Counted from the first letter of the stretch, positions 38,128 to 48,425 are shown. The stretch: 64,000 bases of DNA from Candidatus Ryanbacteria bacterium RIFCSPLOWO2_12_FULL_44_26 (GCA_001821765.1 MHOA01000013.1:15456-79455); one strand, 5' to 3'. Numbers and translations are program-made. Notes: generated by a model from the sequence alone, not told the origin.

Positions 38128-39253
38128 AGAATATTTCGGAGTAGGGAGCATAGAAAATGTAAGATTGATATTAGCTGGTGTTGCTCCAAGGAGCATTTTT
38201 CTTGTTACGGGAAAAAGATCCTATGACGATTGTGGTGCCAGCAAGGCGCTTGGAAATTTATTGGCGGAATATTCAGTGTCTCGGTTTAATGATTTTGATG
38301 TCAATCCAAACATAGATAACATCCGGAAAGGGGTTGATCTGTTTAAAAAAAAGAGATGTGATCTTGTTATCGCTGTCGGTGGTGGGAGTGTTATGGATAC
38401 CGCAAAGGTTGTAAACATTCTTTCAGCGCACGATGAAGACGCGGCGCTGTACGTTAAAAAGGAAAGAAAAATACGGTGCAGCGGAAAACCTCTCGTTGCC
38501 GTTCCGACGACTGCTGGTTCCGGTGGTGAGGCGACGCATTTTGCCGCTCTTTATATTGATAAAAAAAAATATTCTCTTGAAGATGAGCGTCTATTGCCCA
38601 CGTATGCGATTATAGATCCGCAGTTTACTTTTTCTCTCCCAAAAAGAATTACCGCGTCAACTGGCATGGACGCGCTTTCACAGGCAATAGAATCATATTG
38701 GAGTATTTATTCATCCGATGAGTCAAAAGCGTATGCAAGAGAAGCAATTATGCTTGCGCGGGAACATATTGTACATGCCGTCAATCAGCCGACAATAGAA
38801 GCGCGAATTGCGATGAGCAGGGCGGCGCATGCGGCGGGAAAGGCGATTAATACTACCAGGACAACGGCATGTCATGCCGTTTCTTATCCTATAACGGCGT
38901 ATTTCGGCGTTCCGCACGGTCATGCTGTTGGTCTTACGCTTTCGCGCATGTTTGCGTACAATAGTACTCCAAGCGAGGCAGATATTTTAGATATAAGGGG
39001 AGTGGCATATGTGAAAGGTGTTATGCGGGAACTCGCTGTGTTGTTGGGAGCTCAAGACACAGAAAGCGCCAAGAAAGCAATAGATTCCATAATGAGAAAG
39101 ATTGGACTTGAAATGCATTTGCGCGAGTTAGGAATCAGCGGCAATGATATTGAAATAATCATAAAAAACGGTTTTGACCCTGAAAGAGTAAAAAACAACC
39201 CACGGCTTGTAACCGAACAGGCCCTTAGAAAAATATTAAACGATATTCGTTAG
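38120..39253 (+). CDS. Iron-containing (group III) alcohol dehydrogenase, probable phosphonoacetaldehyde reductase
   Basis: GGGSVMDTAKVV motif plus His-rich Fe-binding region. Its position after ppd mirrors FomC/PhpC. Confidence 0.65.
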   Translation: MIREYFGVGSIENVRLILAGVAPRSIFLVTGKRSYDDCGASKALGNLLAEYSVSRFNDFDVNPNIDNIRKGVDLFKKKRCDLVIAVGGGSVMDTAKVVNILSAHDEDAALYVKKERKIRCSGKPLVAVPTTAGSGGEATHFAALYIDKKKYSLEDERLLPTYAIIDPQFTFSLPKRITASTGMDALSQAIESYWSIYSSDESKAYAREAIMLAREHIVHAVNQPTIEARIAMSRAAHAAGKAINTTRTTACHAVSYPITAYFGVPHGHAVGLTLSRMFAYNSTPSEADILDIRGVAYVKGVMRELAVLLGAQDTESAKKAIDSIMRKIGLEMHLRELGISGNDIEIIIKNGFDPERVKNNPRLVTEQALRKILNDIR

Positions 39254-39264
39254 TCCGCGTTTTA

Positions 39265-40026
39265 GTGAATATGAAAGCCATTATTATAGCAGCGGGATTG
39301 GGGAGCCGGCTCGCCCCGCTGACGGAGCATAAGCCAAAGTGCCTGTTGGATGTGGGCGGAAAAAGCATTCTTCAACGTCAACTTGATACTCTTCGTTCAG
39401 CTGATATACACAATATATCTCTTATTAAAGGATATAAAAAAGAACAGATACACTTTCCGGATCTTAAGTATTATGTAAATGATAATTACAGGAACAATAA
39501 CATACTTTATTCTCTGATGAGCGCGGAGGATGAGATGGATTCGGAATTTATTGCACTTTATGCAGACATAATCTTTACCAGCGAGGTCGTCGAGGAGTTG
39601 AAACGGTGTACGGCAGACATAGCCATTGTTGCCGATATTGCTGATCGTAAGTATTATGATGGGTGGGTCGATCATCCCACAGAAGAGGTGGAAAACATCA
39701 TCTTTGATGATGATCACAATGTTATTGCCATAGGCAAGCATATTACCGCACCCGCCGAGTTCATCGGTATGTTGAAATGTACAAGGAGAGGCGCTAAAGT
39801 TTTTAAGGATTATTTTCATAGAGCGCAAAAAGAATTTTCCGGCAAACCTTTTATGCGCTCAAGCGTATTTGAGAAAGCCTATCTTACCGATTTTATCCAA
39901 TATCTTACGGACAACGGCGTAAAAGTTAAGTGCGTTCTTATTAAACAGGGATGGTATGAAATAGACACGATTCAAGATTTAGAAATGGTCAATAGCATAT
40001 TTAAGAAAGCGCGCAGCCATGTCTGA
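39265..40026 (+). CDS. Nucleotidyltransferase (LicC/phosphocholine-cytidylyltransferase-like)
   Basis: MKAIIIAAGLGSRLAPLTEHKPKCLL N-terminal NTP-transferase motif. Confidence 0.6.
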   Translation: MNMKAIIIAAGLGSRLAPLTEHKPKCLLDVGGKSILQRQLDTLRSADIHNISLIKGYKKEQIHFPDLKYYVNDNYRNNNILYSLMSAEDEMDSEFIALYADIIFTSEVVEELKRCTADIAIVADIADRKYYDGWVDHPTEEVENIIFDDDHNVIAIGKHITAPAEFIGMLKCTRRGAKVFKDYFHRAQKEFSGKPFMRSSVFEKAYLTDFIQYLTDNGVKVKCVLIKQGWYEIDTIQDLEMVNSIFKKARSHV

Positions 40027-40517
40027 AAAGGATTTCAAAAAATTATTGGGATCACGCATTTTGGGCGAGGCCAATGATCTTAAACGAACCATAGAGTCGC
40101 TAGCGAGTGAACTTGGCATGGATGCTGGCAAGATGCAAGCCGTGATCAGGGGAGAGGCGAGCGTAGAAGAAGCCCGAGCTATTATCGCTGTCAGGGGGTG
40201 TGAAATACCCCGTAGATGTCTATGAACTGTCTTGGGTTCAAGATGGTTGTGTCAAGGGTGTAAAGATCATGCGTAAAAGCGATTCTGAAGCGTCCAGCAG
40301 AGTTTTTGAAAGAATGGACGGAGATGAAATGGCCGGAGGACTCCTTATTATGAATATAGAGATATTGCCATTGCCGGCGCATATCATGCGCAACTGTGCT
40401 TAATAGGTGTTGGTGGTCATGTCAATCTGGGAGTCCAGCGCGAACTATCTTGTCTTTCCCATGTCGATCGTATCATAGAAAATAAACGTTGGTTTGACTA
40501 ATTATGAAAGGGACTCA

Positions 40518-41618
40518 TCATGTATGCCACTCGTGAATTTTTTTTACAACAAAGTCAACTTCTTCGTTTCTTAATTCAGGAAAGCACGGCAAAGACAATA
40601 CTTCCTCCGCGCAGGCTTCTGCCACCGGAAAACTCTCCTCTTGCTTTATCGGGCGACTGTATGCAGGCTGTTTGTGTAGCGCAATGGGGTAATGAAGCCC
40701 TGTTTGAATAGCATGCTTTTCCAGATACTGTTTGAGCGCATCCCGCATCTTTAGGCGGATCACATATAGGTGATAAACGTGCTTCCCTCCTTGAGTTTCC
40801 TCCGGCAGTATCAGCGGTAAACCCTTCAGGCCGTTATTGTAGCGATGCGCAATCTCGCGCCTCCGTGCATTCCATTGATCAAGATGGGGGAGTTTTACGG
40901 CAAGAATTGCGGCTTGCAGTGCGTCAAGCCTGGAGTTTCTCCCGATTATTTTATGGGTATATTTATCAGATCGGCCATGATCTCGAAGCATTTTTATTTT
41001 TTGAGCTATATGTTCATTGTTTGTAACAACCATTCCGCCATCTCCCCATCCGCCGAGGTTTTTGGAAGGAAAAAAACTGAACACCCCTGCATTTCCAATG
41101 GTTCCTACGCGGCGGAAATCAATAAAAGCTCCATGAGCTTGCGATGCATCCTCAATTAAAAGAAGTTTATGATCCTCCGTGATGCGTTTTATAGCGGTCA
41201 TGTTGGCTGGTTGTCCGTAGAGATGTACCGGTATAATAGCTTTTGTCGAAGGGTTGATAGCTTTTGATATATCGTCGGGATCAATGTTGTAGGTTCTCGG
41301 ATCAATATCAACGAATTTCACTTCAGCTCCGGTATTTATAATTGATTCCACTGTCATAAATGCTCCGTGCGCCGCAGTAATAACTTCGTTGCCATGTCCG
41401 ATGTCGTACGCCTTTAGTGTAAGTGTTATTGCGTCAGATGCATTTGCAACACCCACTGCGTATTTAGTGCCGATAAAAGAGGAAAATTCTCTCTCAAATT
41501 CCAAAACCTCGTTTCCAAGAATGAACGAGGAATTGTTCGCAACCCTTTCAATAGCTCTTTGTATTTCTTTTGAAAGGTTTTTGTGTTGACGGTCAAGGTT
41601 AATAAACGGTATAGTCAT
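40518..41618 (-). CDS. DegT/DnrJ/EryC1/StrS-family PLP-dependent sugar aminotransferase
   Basis: Start set at MTIPFINLDRQ. Other matches are SFILGNEVLEFEREF, GVANASDAITL and SFFPSKNLGGWGDGG (PLP lysine region). Confidence 0.85.
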   Translation of the reverse strand: MTIPFINLDRQHKNLSKEIQRAIERVANNSSFILGNEVLEFEREFSSFIGTKYAVGVANASDAITLTLKAYDIGHGNEVITAAHGAFMTVESIINTGAEVKFVDIDPRTYNIDPDDISKAINPSTKAIIPVHLYGQPANMTAIKRITEDHKLLLIEDASQAHGAFIDFRRVGTIGNAGVFSFFPSKNLGGWGDGGMVVTNNEHIAQKIKMLRDHGRSDKYTHKIIGRNSRLDALQAAILAVKLPHLDQWNARRREIAHRYNNGLKGLPLILPEETQGGKHVYHLYVIRLKMRDALKQYLEKHAIQTGLHYPIALHKQPAYSRPIKQEESFPVAEACAEEVLSLPCFPELRNEEVDFVVKKIHEWHT

Positions 41619-41631
41619 ATTTTTTTGATTT

Positions 41632-42393
41632 TTAGGCGAGTGGTTTTTTGAAATATCTTCCAACGCCGTCAACATCATATGATTGCAATGTTACGTTTCT
41701 TTCTTGAAAAAAATCATTTACCGCATTTCTTGTACCTTCGTATTCCCATGTGTTGAATACAAGAAATCCTCCCGGCTGTACTTTATCGTACAGGTGCCTT
41801 AAAGAAATTATTGTTGCGTTATATAACACCGCGTCAAAATGTATGAGAGAGATGGATGGAGATCTGAAGCGCGGCAATGTATCTTCATAGAATCCTTTTA
41901 TGATTTTGTATGATTCTTTCGGTATTTTCATTTTTTTGAATAATTCGTGCACCTTGTTTTCGTTTACTTTACTTCTTCCTTTCAGTGTGCTGGTGTTTAG
42001 TTTAGTCCCAAAATCTTTTTGTGAAGGCGCTGGATATCCTTTAAAAGAATCAAAAAGCCAGATTGTGCGGTGAAAAGGCGATTTTTTCGCTGCGTGTGCG
42101 AGAACAGCTCCGGAGCCGCCGCGCCAAACACCAAACTCTACAATATCTCCTTTCATGGATAATTTATCCAATTTTTTTGTCAAACGATAAAGTGTTTTTA
42201 GACGAGGTATGCGAACTTTGGTGTGTCGCCTGACTTTCCGAATGACGATAAATATTCTAAGCGTTTCAAAAAACCCATGAACTGAAGAGAGCTCAATCGT
42301 GCGAATAAAATCCCGGACGAAGTTTATTACATAACGCATCATCTTTATTGAAGAAAGGGAATAGTTACATTCGTTATGTTGTATGTGTGCCAC
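41632..42393 (-). CDS. TylF/MycF-like SAM-dependent O-methyltransferase
   Basis: GDIVEFGVWRGGSGAVLAHAAK...WLFDSFKGYP matches the macrocin-O-methyltransferase family. Confidence 0.6.
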   Translation of the reverse strand: MAHIQHNECNYSLSSIKMMRYVINFVRDFIRTIELSSVHGFFETLRIFIVIRKVRRHTKVRIPRLKTLYRLTKKLDKLSMKGDIVEFGVWRGGSGAVLAHAAKKSPFHRTIWLFDSFKGYPAPSQKDFGTKLNTSTLKGRSKVNENKVHELFKKMKIPKESYKIIKGFYEDTLPRFRSPSISLIHFDAVLYNATIISLRHLYDKVQPGGFLVFNTWEYEGTRNAVNDFFQERNVTLQSYDVDGVGRYFKKPLA

Positions 42394-42414
42394 TTTTGTG
42401 ATACGTTTTCCAGT

Positions 42415-43341
42415 ATGCGCACGCTAAAACAACCGAAAGTCAGCATTCTCTTGCCCTCATATAATAGAGCTTACTTGTTACCTTTCACGATAGAGAACAT
42501 TCTTGAACAAACGTGGAAGGATTGGGAGCTCATTATTGTTGATGACGGGTCGCTTGATAATACTGATGAGGTAATAAAAAATTTCGATGATCGAAGGATA
42601 ACATATATAAAACACCAAGTAAATGCAGGTGAGGCTGCTGCAAGAAACACAGCTCTTGCTGCGGCGAGAGGAGAATATATCGCAAACCAAGATTCAGATG
42701 ACGAATGGTTCCCCGAGAAGCTGGAGGAGGAGGTGTATTTGCTTGATCGATCACCGGCGAGAGTTGGTGCTGTGTATTCTTCGTTTCATAAAACCTTATT
42801 TGACGGAAGCGAAGAAATTGTTCCTTCAGCAATTCACCACCAAAAAGAAGGAAACCTTGTAAACACTTTTTTACGCAGCGACTTTTATATCACTGGACAA
42901 GCTCTCCTAATTAAAAAAGAGTGCTATAAGAACGTTGGTGGATATGATGAGAAATTGCGCGTGCTTAATGATGCTGAGTTTCTTATAAGGTTAGCAAGTC
43001 AATATGAATTTGTTCATAATCCTCACGTTCGTGTTCGTATAAAACGTTTTGAAGACAGTATTTCGAGAAACTTTAAGATGAGATTGGTTTCCAGAGAGTA
43101 TATTTTGCACAAACACGAAGATCTTTTTAAAAAATTCCCCGACTCATTTGCCCGTTACTCATATCGCATAGGGCACACGCATGCACTTTTGGGGAATACA
43201 GACAAAGCGCGCATGTATCTCCGCAAAGCGTTTGTTTTTAGTCCTCTCCATATAAAATATATCGCGGCATTTTTGCTTTCCCTTACCGCTTCATCATGGC
43301 TGTACCGGACGCTCGGTCGTCTTAAAACCAAATGGATGTAA
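42415..43341 (+). CDS. Glycosyltransferase family 2
   Basis: VSILLPSYNRAYLL...LIIVDDGSLDNT...DSDDEW (DxD). Confidence 0.8.
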   Translation: MRTLKQPKVSILLPSYNRAYLLPFTIENILEQTWKDWELIIVDDGSLDNTDEVIKNFDDRRITYIKHQVNAGEAAARNTALAAARGEYIANQDSDDEWFPEKLEEEVYLLDRSPARVGAVYSSFHKTLFDGSEEIVPSAIHHQKEGNLVNTFLRSDFYITGQALLIKKECYKNVGGYDEKLRVLNDAEFLIRLASQYEFVHNPHVRVRIKRFEDSISRNFKMRLVSREYILHKHEDLFKKFPDSFARYSYRIGHTHALLGNTDKARMYLRKAFVFSPLHIKYIAAFLLSLTASSWLYRTLGRLKTKWM

Positions 43342-44885
43342 CCATAGCAATGAAGAAATGTATCATTCATCCGTATCTTTTTGCGGTTTTTCCCATTGTT
43401 TTTCTTCTCGCGCATAATATCGAACAGACATTTTTCAGCAATATAATTGTTCCGGCGCTCTTTGCCGTTTTTATTACTGTTTTTATCTTCGTCATCCTGC
43501 GTTTTAGTGTTGGGGATAATAAAAAGGCAGGACTCATTACATCTTTATTTCTCATACTGTTCTTTTCTTTCGGCCATATTCGCCGTTTGGTCGAAGATTT
43601 CGTGATAGGAGGACTTGATATAGGAAGAGACCGACATATCCTTTTATTCTCTGCAGCAATTTTTGTTTTGGCAACATATTGGATATTGCAGACCAAAAAA
43701 AAACTGCACAATCTCACCACAGTTGCAAATGTAATGGCTGTTACGCTGGTTATTATCCCGCTTGTCAGTATCGGGATGTATGAATTTAAGCGGAGCCCGG
43801 AAACCGAGTTTCCGAGTGAAAACTTGGTTTCCGATTCGGACGGAGCGTTAAAGAAACATGAGGCGCTTCCCAACATATATTACATAATTTTGGATGGCTA
43901 CGCGGCCCAGAGCACTCTGAAAGAAATTTATAATTACGATAATGCGGCATTTCTTCAATTCCTTGCAGAAAGGGGGTTTTTTGTCGCAGACGAGTCGAGG
44001 AGTAACTACACACAGACTTTTTTGTCGCTTTCCTCATCGCTCAATATAAGGTACATTAACGACCTAACCGAGAAGGTTGGAATGGATTTACAAAACCGCG
44101 CAATCCCATATCAGATGATCGAAGACAACACCATATGGCGCTTCTTAAACTCACGGGGATACCGGTTTATACATATAAGCTCCGGTTCTACCGAGATGAC
44201 AGATAAGAATGGAAACGCAGATATTAATTTTAAGGGCGGCAAATTGGACGAATTTTCCTTGACCTTATTAGAGACAACAGCGCTTTACCCGTTTATAAGG
44301 CACTCGGTTGAGGCAGATGCAAGAGAACGCGTTTTATATTCTTTTGATTCGTTGGCCAGAATATCCCGTCTTTCAGGTCCTAGGTTTACGTTTGCGCATA
44401 TTCTTGTGCCACATTCTCCTTATGTTTTCGGGCCGAACGGCGAAAAAGTTGAAAATCCCAAATTGCAGCTTTCCGGAGACAATTATTGGAAATTCAAAGA
44501 ACATTATGTAAATCAAGTGATCTTTACTAATAAGAAAATCATGGCACTCGTTGAGGCAATATTAAAAACTGAAAAAAATCCCCCGATTATTATTCTTCAG
44601 GGGGATCATGGTCCTGCTTCCGAAGGCGAGGGCACAAAAGGTCTTTCTCTTCTCAAACATATACTCGTTAAGGAGCGGATGAAAATATTTAATGCTTATT
44701 ATCTTCCAGTGGATGGCAATAAGCTTTTGTACAAATCAATAACTCCGGTAAATTCTTTCCGGCTTATTTTCAGTCATTATTTTGGAGCTGATTATCCGCT
44801 TCTTGAGGACGAGAGTTATTTTTCTACTGAGGAAGAGCCTTATACATTTATTAATGTAACCGATATAGCAAGAGAGGATTATTAA
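43332..44885 (+). CDS. Membrane-anchored alkaline-phosphatase-superfamily protein (LtaS/sulfatase/phosphoethanolamine-transferase-like), copy 1
   Basis: Five N-terminal TM helices. NIYYIILDGYAAQS is a metal-site-like block and ILQGDHGPAS is the C-terminal GDHG motif of the AP superfamily. Confidence 0.5.
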   Translation: MDVTIAMKKCIIHPYLFAVFPIVFLLAHNIEQTFFSNIIVPALFAVFITVFIFVILRFSVGDNKKAGLITSLFLILFFSFGHIRRLVEDFVIGGLDIGRDRHILLFSAAIFVLATYWILQTKKKLHNLTTVANVMAVTLVIIPLVSIGMYEFKRSPETEFPSENLVSDSDGALKKHEALPNIYYIILDGYAAQSTLKEIYNYDNAAFLQFLAERGFFVADESRSNYTQTFLSLSSSLNIRYINDLTEKVGMDLQNRAIPYQMIEDNTIWRFLNSRGYRFIHISSGSTEMTDKNGNADINFKGGKLDEFSLTLLETTALYPFIRHSVEADARERVLYSFDSLARISRLSGPRFTFAHILVPHSPYVFGPNGEKVENPKLQLSGDNYWKFKEHYVNQVIFTNKKIMALVEAILKTEKNPPIIILQGDHGPASEGEGTKGLSLLKHILVKERMKIFNAYYLPVDGNKLLYKSITPVNSFRLIFSHYFGADYPLLEDESYFSTEEEPYTFINVTDIAREDY

Positions 44886-44888
44886 CGT

Positions 44889-46289
44889 ATGAACAGTGAT
44901 TACTACGTCATAAGCGGCATTGTTGTTCTTGCTCTTGTGGTGGCGCTTGTTGTTGCTTTGGAGACCGGCGCGATCTCCGATATTTTCACACCCATTGCAA
45001 AGGCAACAACGGGTTCCGCTTCGCCCCAGCACAGTCAGGTTCGCGAGGCAGTAAGTTTTTTGAATACAGGGACGTTTAATAACGGCGGCCCAGGCTACAC
45101 CGGCATGCAGAGGGGCCCGGTCTACCCTTTGGTTTTGGCCGCCGTTTTTTCACTTTTTGGATTATATGTAGGAGCTATTCATATCATCAATTTTTTATTT
45201 TTAGCACTCGCAATTGTTTTCTTATGGCGTTTAAGCAAACAATATTTTAAGGGCGGATGGGAGTTTATTCCTCCCCTGGCGCTTGTCCTTGTTGGAAGGG
45301 CAACAGCACGGGTCTGGGTTGCAAGCTATGAAACGCTTACTCTTTTTTTGTCTATCCTCGCAATCTTTGCTTTTTTGGAATATCGCAGCACCGGAAAGAC
45401 TGTGTGGCTAGTGACCGGTACAGCCGCTTTTTCCTTATGGGTCCTTGAGAAACCGGCCGCTTTTTATTTCATTCCGGTTATTCTTGTTTTTTTAGTCTTA
45501 TGGCGGCGTCCTTATGCTTCGCCAAAAAAGGTTTTAACCCATTCGCTTATTTTTCTTTTTGTTACGGCAGCTTTTATCGGCTCATGGTCATTAAGAAACC
45601 ACAGGGTCATAGATACATGGCAGTTAGGCAGCGGCGGCCACGCAGTATTGCTTAGTTCCAGTCAGGTTGATTTTAATCGTGAAGAGCTTGTCTCATTGGG
45701 ACTTAGTTTGTCGGTTGGCGATTTTATTGGCAGCAGAATTTACAAACACTACCCGCAAAACGCAAAGCCAAAAGCGTGGGACCCATCGATTCTTGACGAT
45801 CGATGGTATCAGCAGGGATGGTATGTAAAAGATATTGACGGCAGTATTATTACAAAAACAGAGCTGGATAAAAGAATGTATGCAGAAGCGGTACAAAATA
45901 TCAAGCGCCGTCCAATGAAGTTTCTTTTAACAGGTATTTTCAAATTTATGCGTCTCAATGCTCCAGAAAACCATCGCGGGCAGGAGATCACACATCTTTT
46001 TGTTGGAACATATTTAGAAATTCCGACAGCAGTGAAAGCGGCGATTATCCTTTTTATTCGCATCATATGGTTCATGTTTCTTGTTGTTGTTCTTTATGCC
46101 ATGATAAAGCACATAAGGGACTGGAGTACTTGGGGAATTTTATTTTTAGTGATATTCTATTACAACGGCGCGCATGCGTTACTTACACATGCGCTGGCGC
46201 GCTATATCTTGGTTATACTTCCTTTTTACTTCATTTTCTTTACGGAAGGAGTGCGCATCTTATATGGAAAATACACGGAGGCAAGATAA
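44889..46289 (+). CDS. GT-C fold PMT_2/ArnT-like glycosyltransferase (membrane), copy 1 of a duplicated pair
   Basis: Polytopic. TGTFNNGGPGYTGMQRGPVYPLVLAAVF. Paralogous to 50898..52328. Confidence 0.55.
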   Translation: MNSDYYVISGIVVLALVVALVVALETGAISDIFTPIAKATTGSASPQHSQVREAVSFLNTGTFNNGGPGYTGMQRGPVYPLVLAAVFSLFGLYVGAIHIINFLFLALAIVFLWRLSKQYFKGGWEFIPPLALVLVGRATARVWVASYETLTLFLSILAIFAFLEYRSTGKTVWLVTGTAAFSLWVLEKPAAFYFIPVILVFLVLWRRPYASPKKVLTHSLIFLFVTAAFIGSWSLRNHRVIDTWQLGSGGHAVLLSSSQVDFNREELVSLGLSLSVGDFIGSRIYKHYPQNAKPKAWDPSILDDRWYQQGWYVKDIDGSIITKTELDKRMYAEAVQNIKRRPMKFLLTGIFKFMRLNAPENHRGQEITHLFVGTYLEIPTAVKAAIILFIRIIWFMFLVVVLYAMIKHIRDWSTWGILFLVIFYYNGAHALLTHALARYILVILPFYFIFFTEGVRILYGKYTEAR

Positions 46290-47016
46290 AGAAAAAACAT
46301 TTTTGGTGGTACTGCCGGTTTATAATGAAGAAACAGATTTATCAAAAAATTTTCCCGTTGTACACCGCTTTTTAGATGAACATTTTGATCAGCTTCATTG
46401 GGAAGTCATTATTGCCGAACAGGCATCAACTGACCACACATTGGAAATCGCCCAAAAACTTTCGCAAAACTATCCAAGGACATCATGTATTCACTTAGAT
46501 GAAAAGGGGAGAGGCGGGGCATTGCGGGAGGCCTGGACCGGATCTGACGCCGATGTCGTTTCCTATATGGACATTGATCTTTCATCTCGTCTTGAATTTT
46601 TCCCAAAGCTTATGTATGTCCTTCAAGGCGGCGCTGATATTGCAGTGGGATCTCGTTTATCGAAAGGATCAAAAGTGCATGATCGGACTCTTGTGAGGAA
46701 ATTTTCTTCATGGGCTTTTAAGTTTTTTTTAAAAACATTGTTTCGTATCAGATTTGACGATGCCCAGTGCGGCTTTAAGGCCATAAGAAGAGATGTTTTT
46801 TTAAAAATCGCTCCTTTGATCAAAAGCAACGGATGGGTGTTTGATACCGAACTGCTTGTCATTGCCCAGAAAGCCCGTTTCAGTATTGCCGTTGTGCCGA
46901 TTGAATGGTTTGATGATCAGAAAAGCAGTGTAAGAATCATCCGTTATGCGCTGGAGGGCTTCACCGCGGGATTGCGGCTTTTTATAACACGGCCATGGAA
47001 GAGCATTACGAAATAA
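46264..47016 (+). CDS. GT2 polyprenyl-phosphate sugar synthase (DPM1-like)
   Basis: FLVVLPVYNEETDL...VIIAEQASTDHT...YMDIDLS...AVGSRL. Start set at MENTRRQ; the 5' end overlaps the upstream gene by 26 nt. Confidence 0.75.
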   Translation: MENTRRQDKEKTFLVVLPVYNEETDLSKNFPVVHRFLDEHFDQLHWEVIIAEQASTDHTLEIAQKLSQNYPRTSCIHLDEKGRGGALREAWTGSDADVVSYMDIDLSSRLEFFPKLMYVLQGGADIAVGSRLSKGSKVHDRTLVRKFSSWAFKFFLKTLFRIRFDDAQCGFKAIRRDVFLKIAPLIKSNGWVFDTELLVIAQKARFSIAVVPIEWFDDQKSSVRIIRYALEGFTAGLRLFITRPWKSITK

Positions 47017-47729
47017 AATACCACCAACTTGAAAAAGACGGCTGGTGGTTTTTAGCAAGAAGAGACATTATTTTACGGTTGTTTACAGAGATACCGAAAC
47101 ATTCCAGTATTTTGGATATCGGTTGTTCGGGAGGTGTATTGCTTTTGGATCTGGCGCGCGAGGGATTTTCAGATACGTATGGGATTGATATTAGTAAGCG
47201 TGCCATTCAGAAATGTAAAGATCAGGGTATAGAGAATGTGAAAGTTGCTGACGGGCGCGAGACAGGATATCAGGACGGTTTCTTTGATATCGTTATTGCT
47301 TCAGATACATTGGAGCATATCCATAACGAACACAAAGCGCTTGGTGAGTGGCAGCGCATTTTAAAAACCGGCGGTATTGCGATTATCTTTGTCCCGGCAC
47401 ATATGTTTTTATGGGGTAAGCACGACGAAATAAACCAGCATATCAAACGTTACAGCAAAGCAGATTTTAAAAACGCAGTGCAAAAGAGCGGTTTTGAAAT
47501 AGCACGAATTGGGTATTGGAATTTTCTTTTGTTTTTTTCGGCGTGTATTGCAAAAATGTTAGAACATCTCAAACTTAAAAAGAGCGGTACTCCGGAAGAA
47601 ATACTTACCGCCAAAGGACTGTTTCATGCTTTGCTTTTCAAGGTTCTTGCGTTTGAGAACCGGCTTATCGGAGTCGGCTTTCGATTTCCCGTTGGCATGA
47701 GTCTTTTTTGCGTTGCCAGAAAAAAGTAA
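46995..47729 (+). CDS. Class I SAM-dependent methyltransferase
   Basis: ILDIGCSGGVLLLDLAREGF (motif I) and FDIVIASDTLEHI (motif II). Confidence 0.75.
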   Translation: MEEHYEIKYHQLEKDGWWFLARRDIILRLFTEIPKHSSILDIGCSGGVLLLDLAREGFSDTYGIDISKRAIQKCKDQGIENVKVADGRETGYQDGFFDIVIASDTLEHIHNEHKALGEWQRILKTGGIAIIFVPAHMFLWGKHDEINQHIKRYSKADFKNAVQKSGFEIARIGYWNFLLFFSACIAKMLEHLKLKKSGTPEEILTAKGLFHALLFKVLAFENRLIGVGFRFPVGMSLFCVARKK

Positions 47730-47758
47730 ATGCCCGTCTAAATATCGCTGTTGGCTTT

Positions 47759-48118
47759 TTATGTATGGTTTTGGTAGATGTTGCCGATGATTTCAAGCGG
47801 CTTTTTTTTGTCAATATTCCAGCCGCAACGCTCATCATTCCACGTTACTGAAATCATATTGCCATTAGATTGGTCTTTCACAATATCTCCTTCATAAATC
47901 TCTTTTCCATGCCCATCTTTTAGTCCTATGTACTGCATGAGGATCATGTTTTCCCCGTCTTGTCTTACCAAACTTCCTAACTTAAATTCAATTATATAAT
48001 TCAAACGGTACTCTTCGTTCCTATTCATCGTTGACAAATTAAATGACAGCGTATTTACCATTGTCATTTCTTTGTGTTGTTTATCCCAAGCTCTGAATTT
48101 AATGTCTCTATAAGGCAT
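47759..48118 (-). CDS. YopX-like phage-associated protein
   Basis: IKFRAWDKQHKEM...MQYIGLKDGHGKEIYEGDIV...EIIGNIYQN matches the YopX domain consensus. Confidence 0.5.
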   Translation of the reverse strand: MPYRDIKFRAWDKQHKEMTMVNTLSFNLSTMNRNEEYRLNYIIEFKLGSLVRQDGENMILMQYIGLKDGHGKEIYEGDIVKDQSNGNMISVTWNDERCGWNIDKKKPLEIIGNIYQNHT

Positions 48119-48125
48119 GTTCCGT

Positions 48126-48425
48126 TTATTTTTTGCTCTCTATGATGAGTATACGTGTATAAGCAGAACCCATGTTTTCAATGGCGTGCATTTCAACGGG
48201 ATCGTGATGAGTGATACCGCGCTCTTTTCCGCTCATAATTTTGGAACTGCCATCCGGGAAATAGGCTCGAAGGTTAAAATCAGTTAAAGCGTAGATGGTA
48301 AACTGTGGATGGGAATGCATCTCGTCTTTTTGGCCCGGCCACCATTGCGCATCAATTACGCGAACATGGTCATTTTCAAAAATGACTTGGTATACTTCCG
48401 GAGATACGCTGATTGGATCCGTCAT
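48126..48425 (-). CDS. Small cupin-domain protein
   Basis: 99 aa with His-containing cupin motifs (EMHSHPQF...HAIENMG). Confidence 0.4.
   Translation of the reverse strand: MTDPISVSPEVYQVIFENDHVRVIDAQWWPGQKDEMHSHPQFTIYALTDFNLRAYFPDGSSKIMSGKERGITHHDPVEMHAIENMGSAYTRILIIESKK

Noticed and set aside
40019-40225. 68-aa hydrophilic ORF overlapping the stop of the nucleotidyltransferase by 8 nt
   Set aside because: It could be a coupled small gene, but it has no motifs or TM segments. Conservation cannot be assessed, so it is left uncalled.
43512-44885. Possible sulfatase needing formylglycine maturation by the SPASM radical SAM (anSME-like link)
   Set aside because: Neither LtaS-like paralog carries the C/S-x-P-x-R sulfatase signature (only SGPRF/PGPRF). 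The anSME-substrate hypothesis is therefore not supported.
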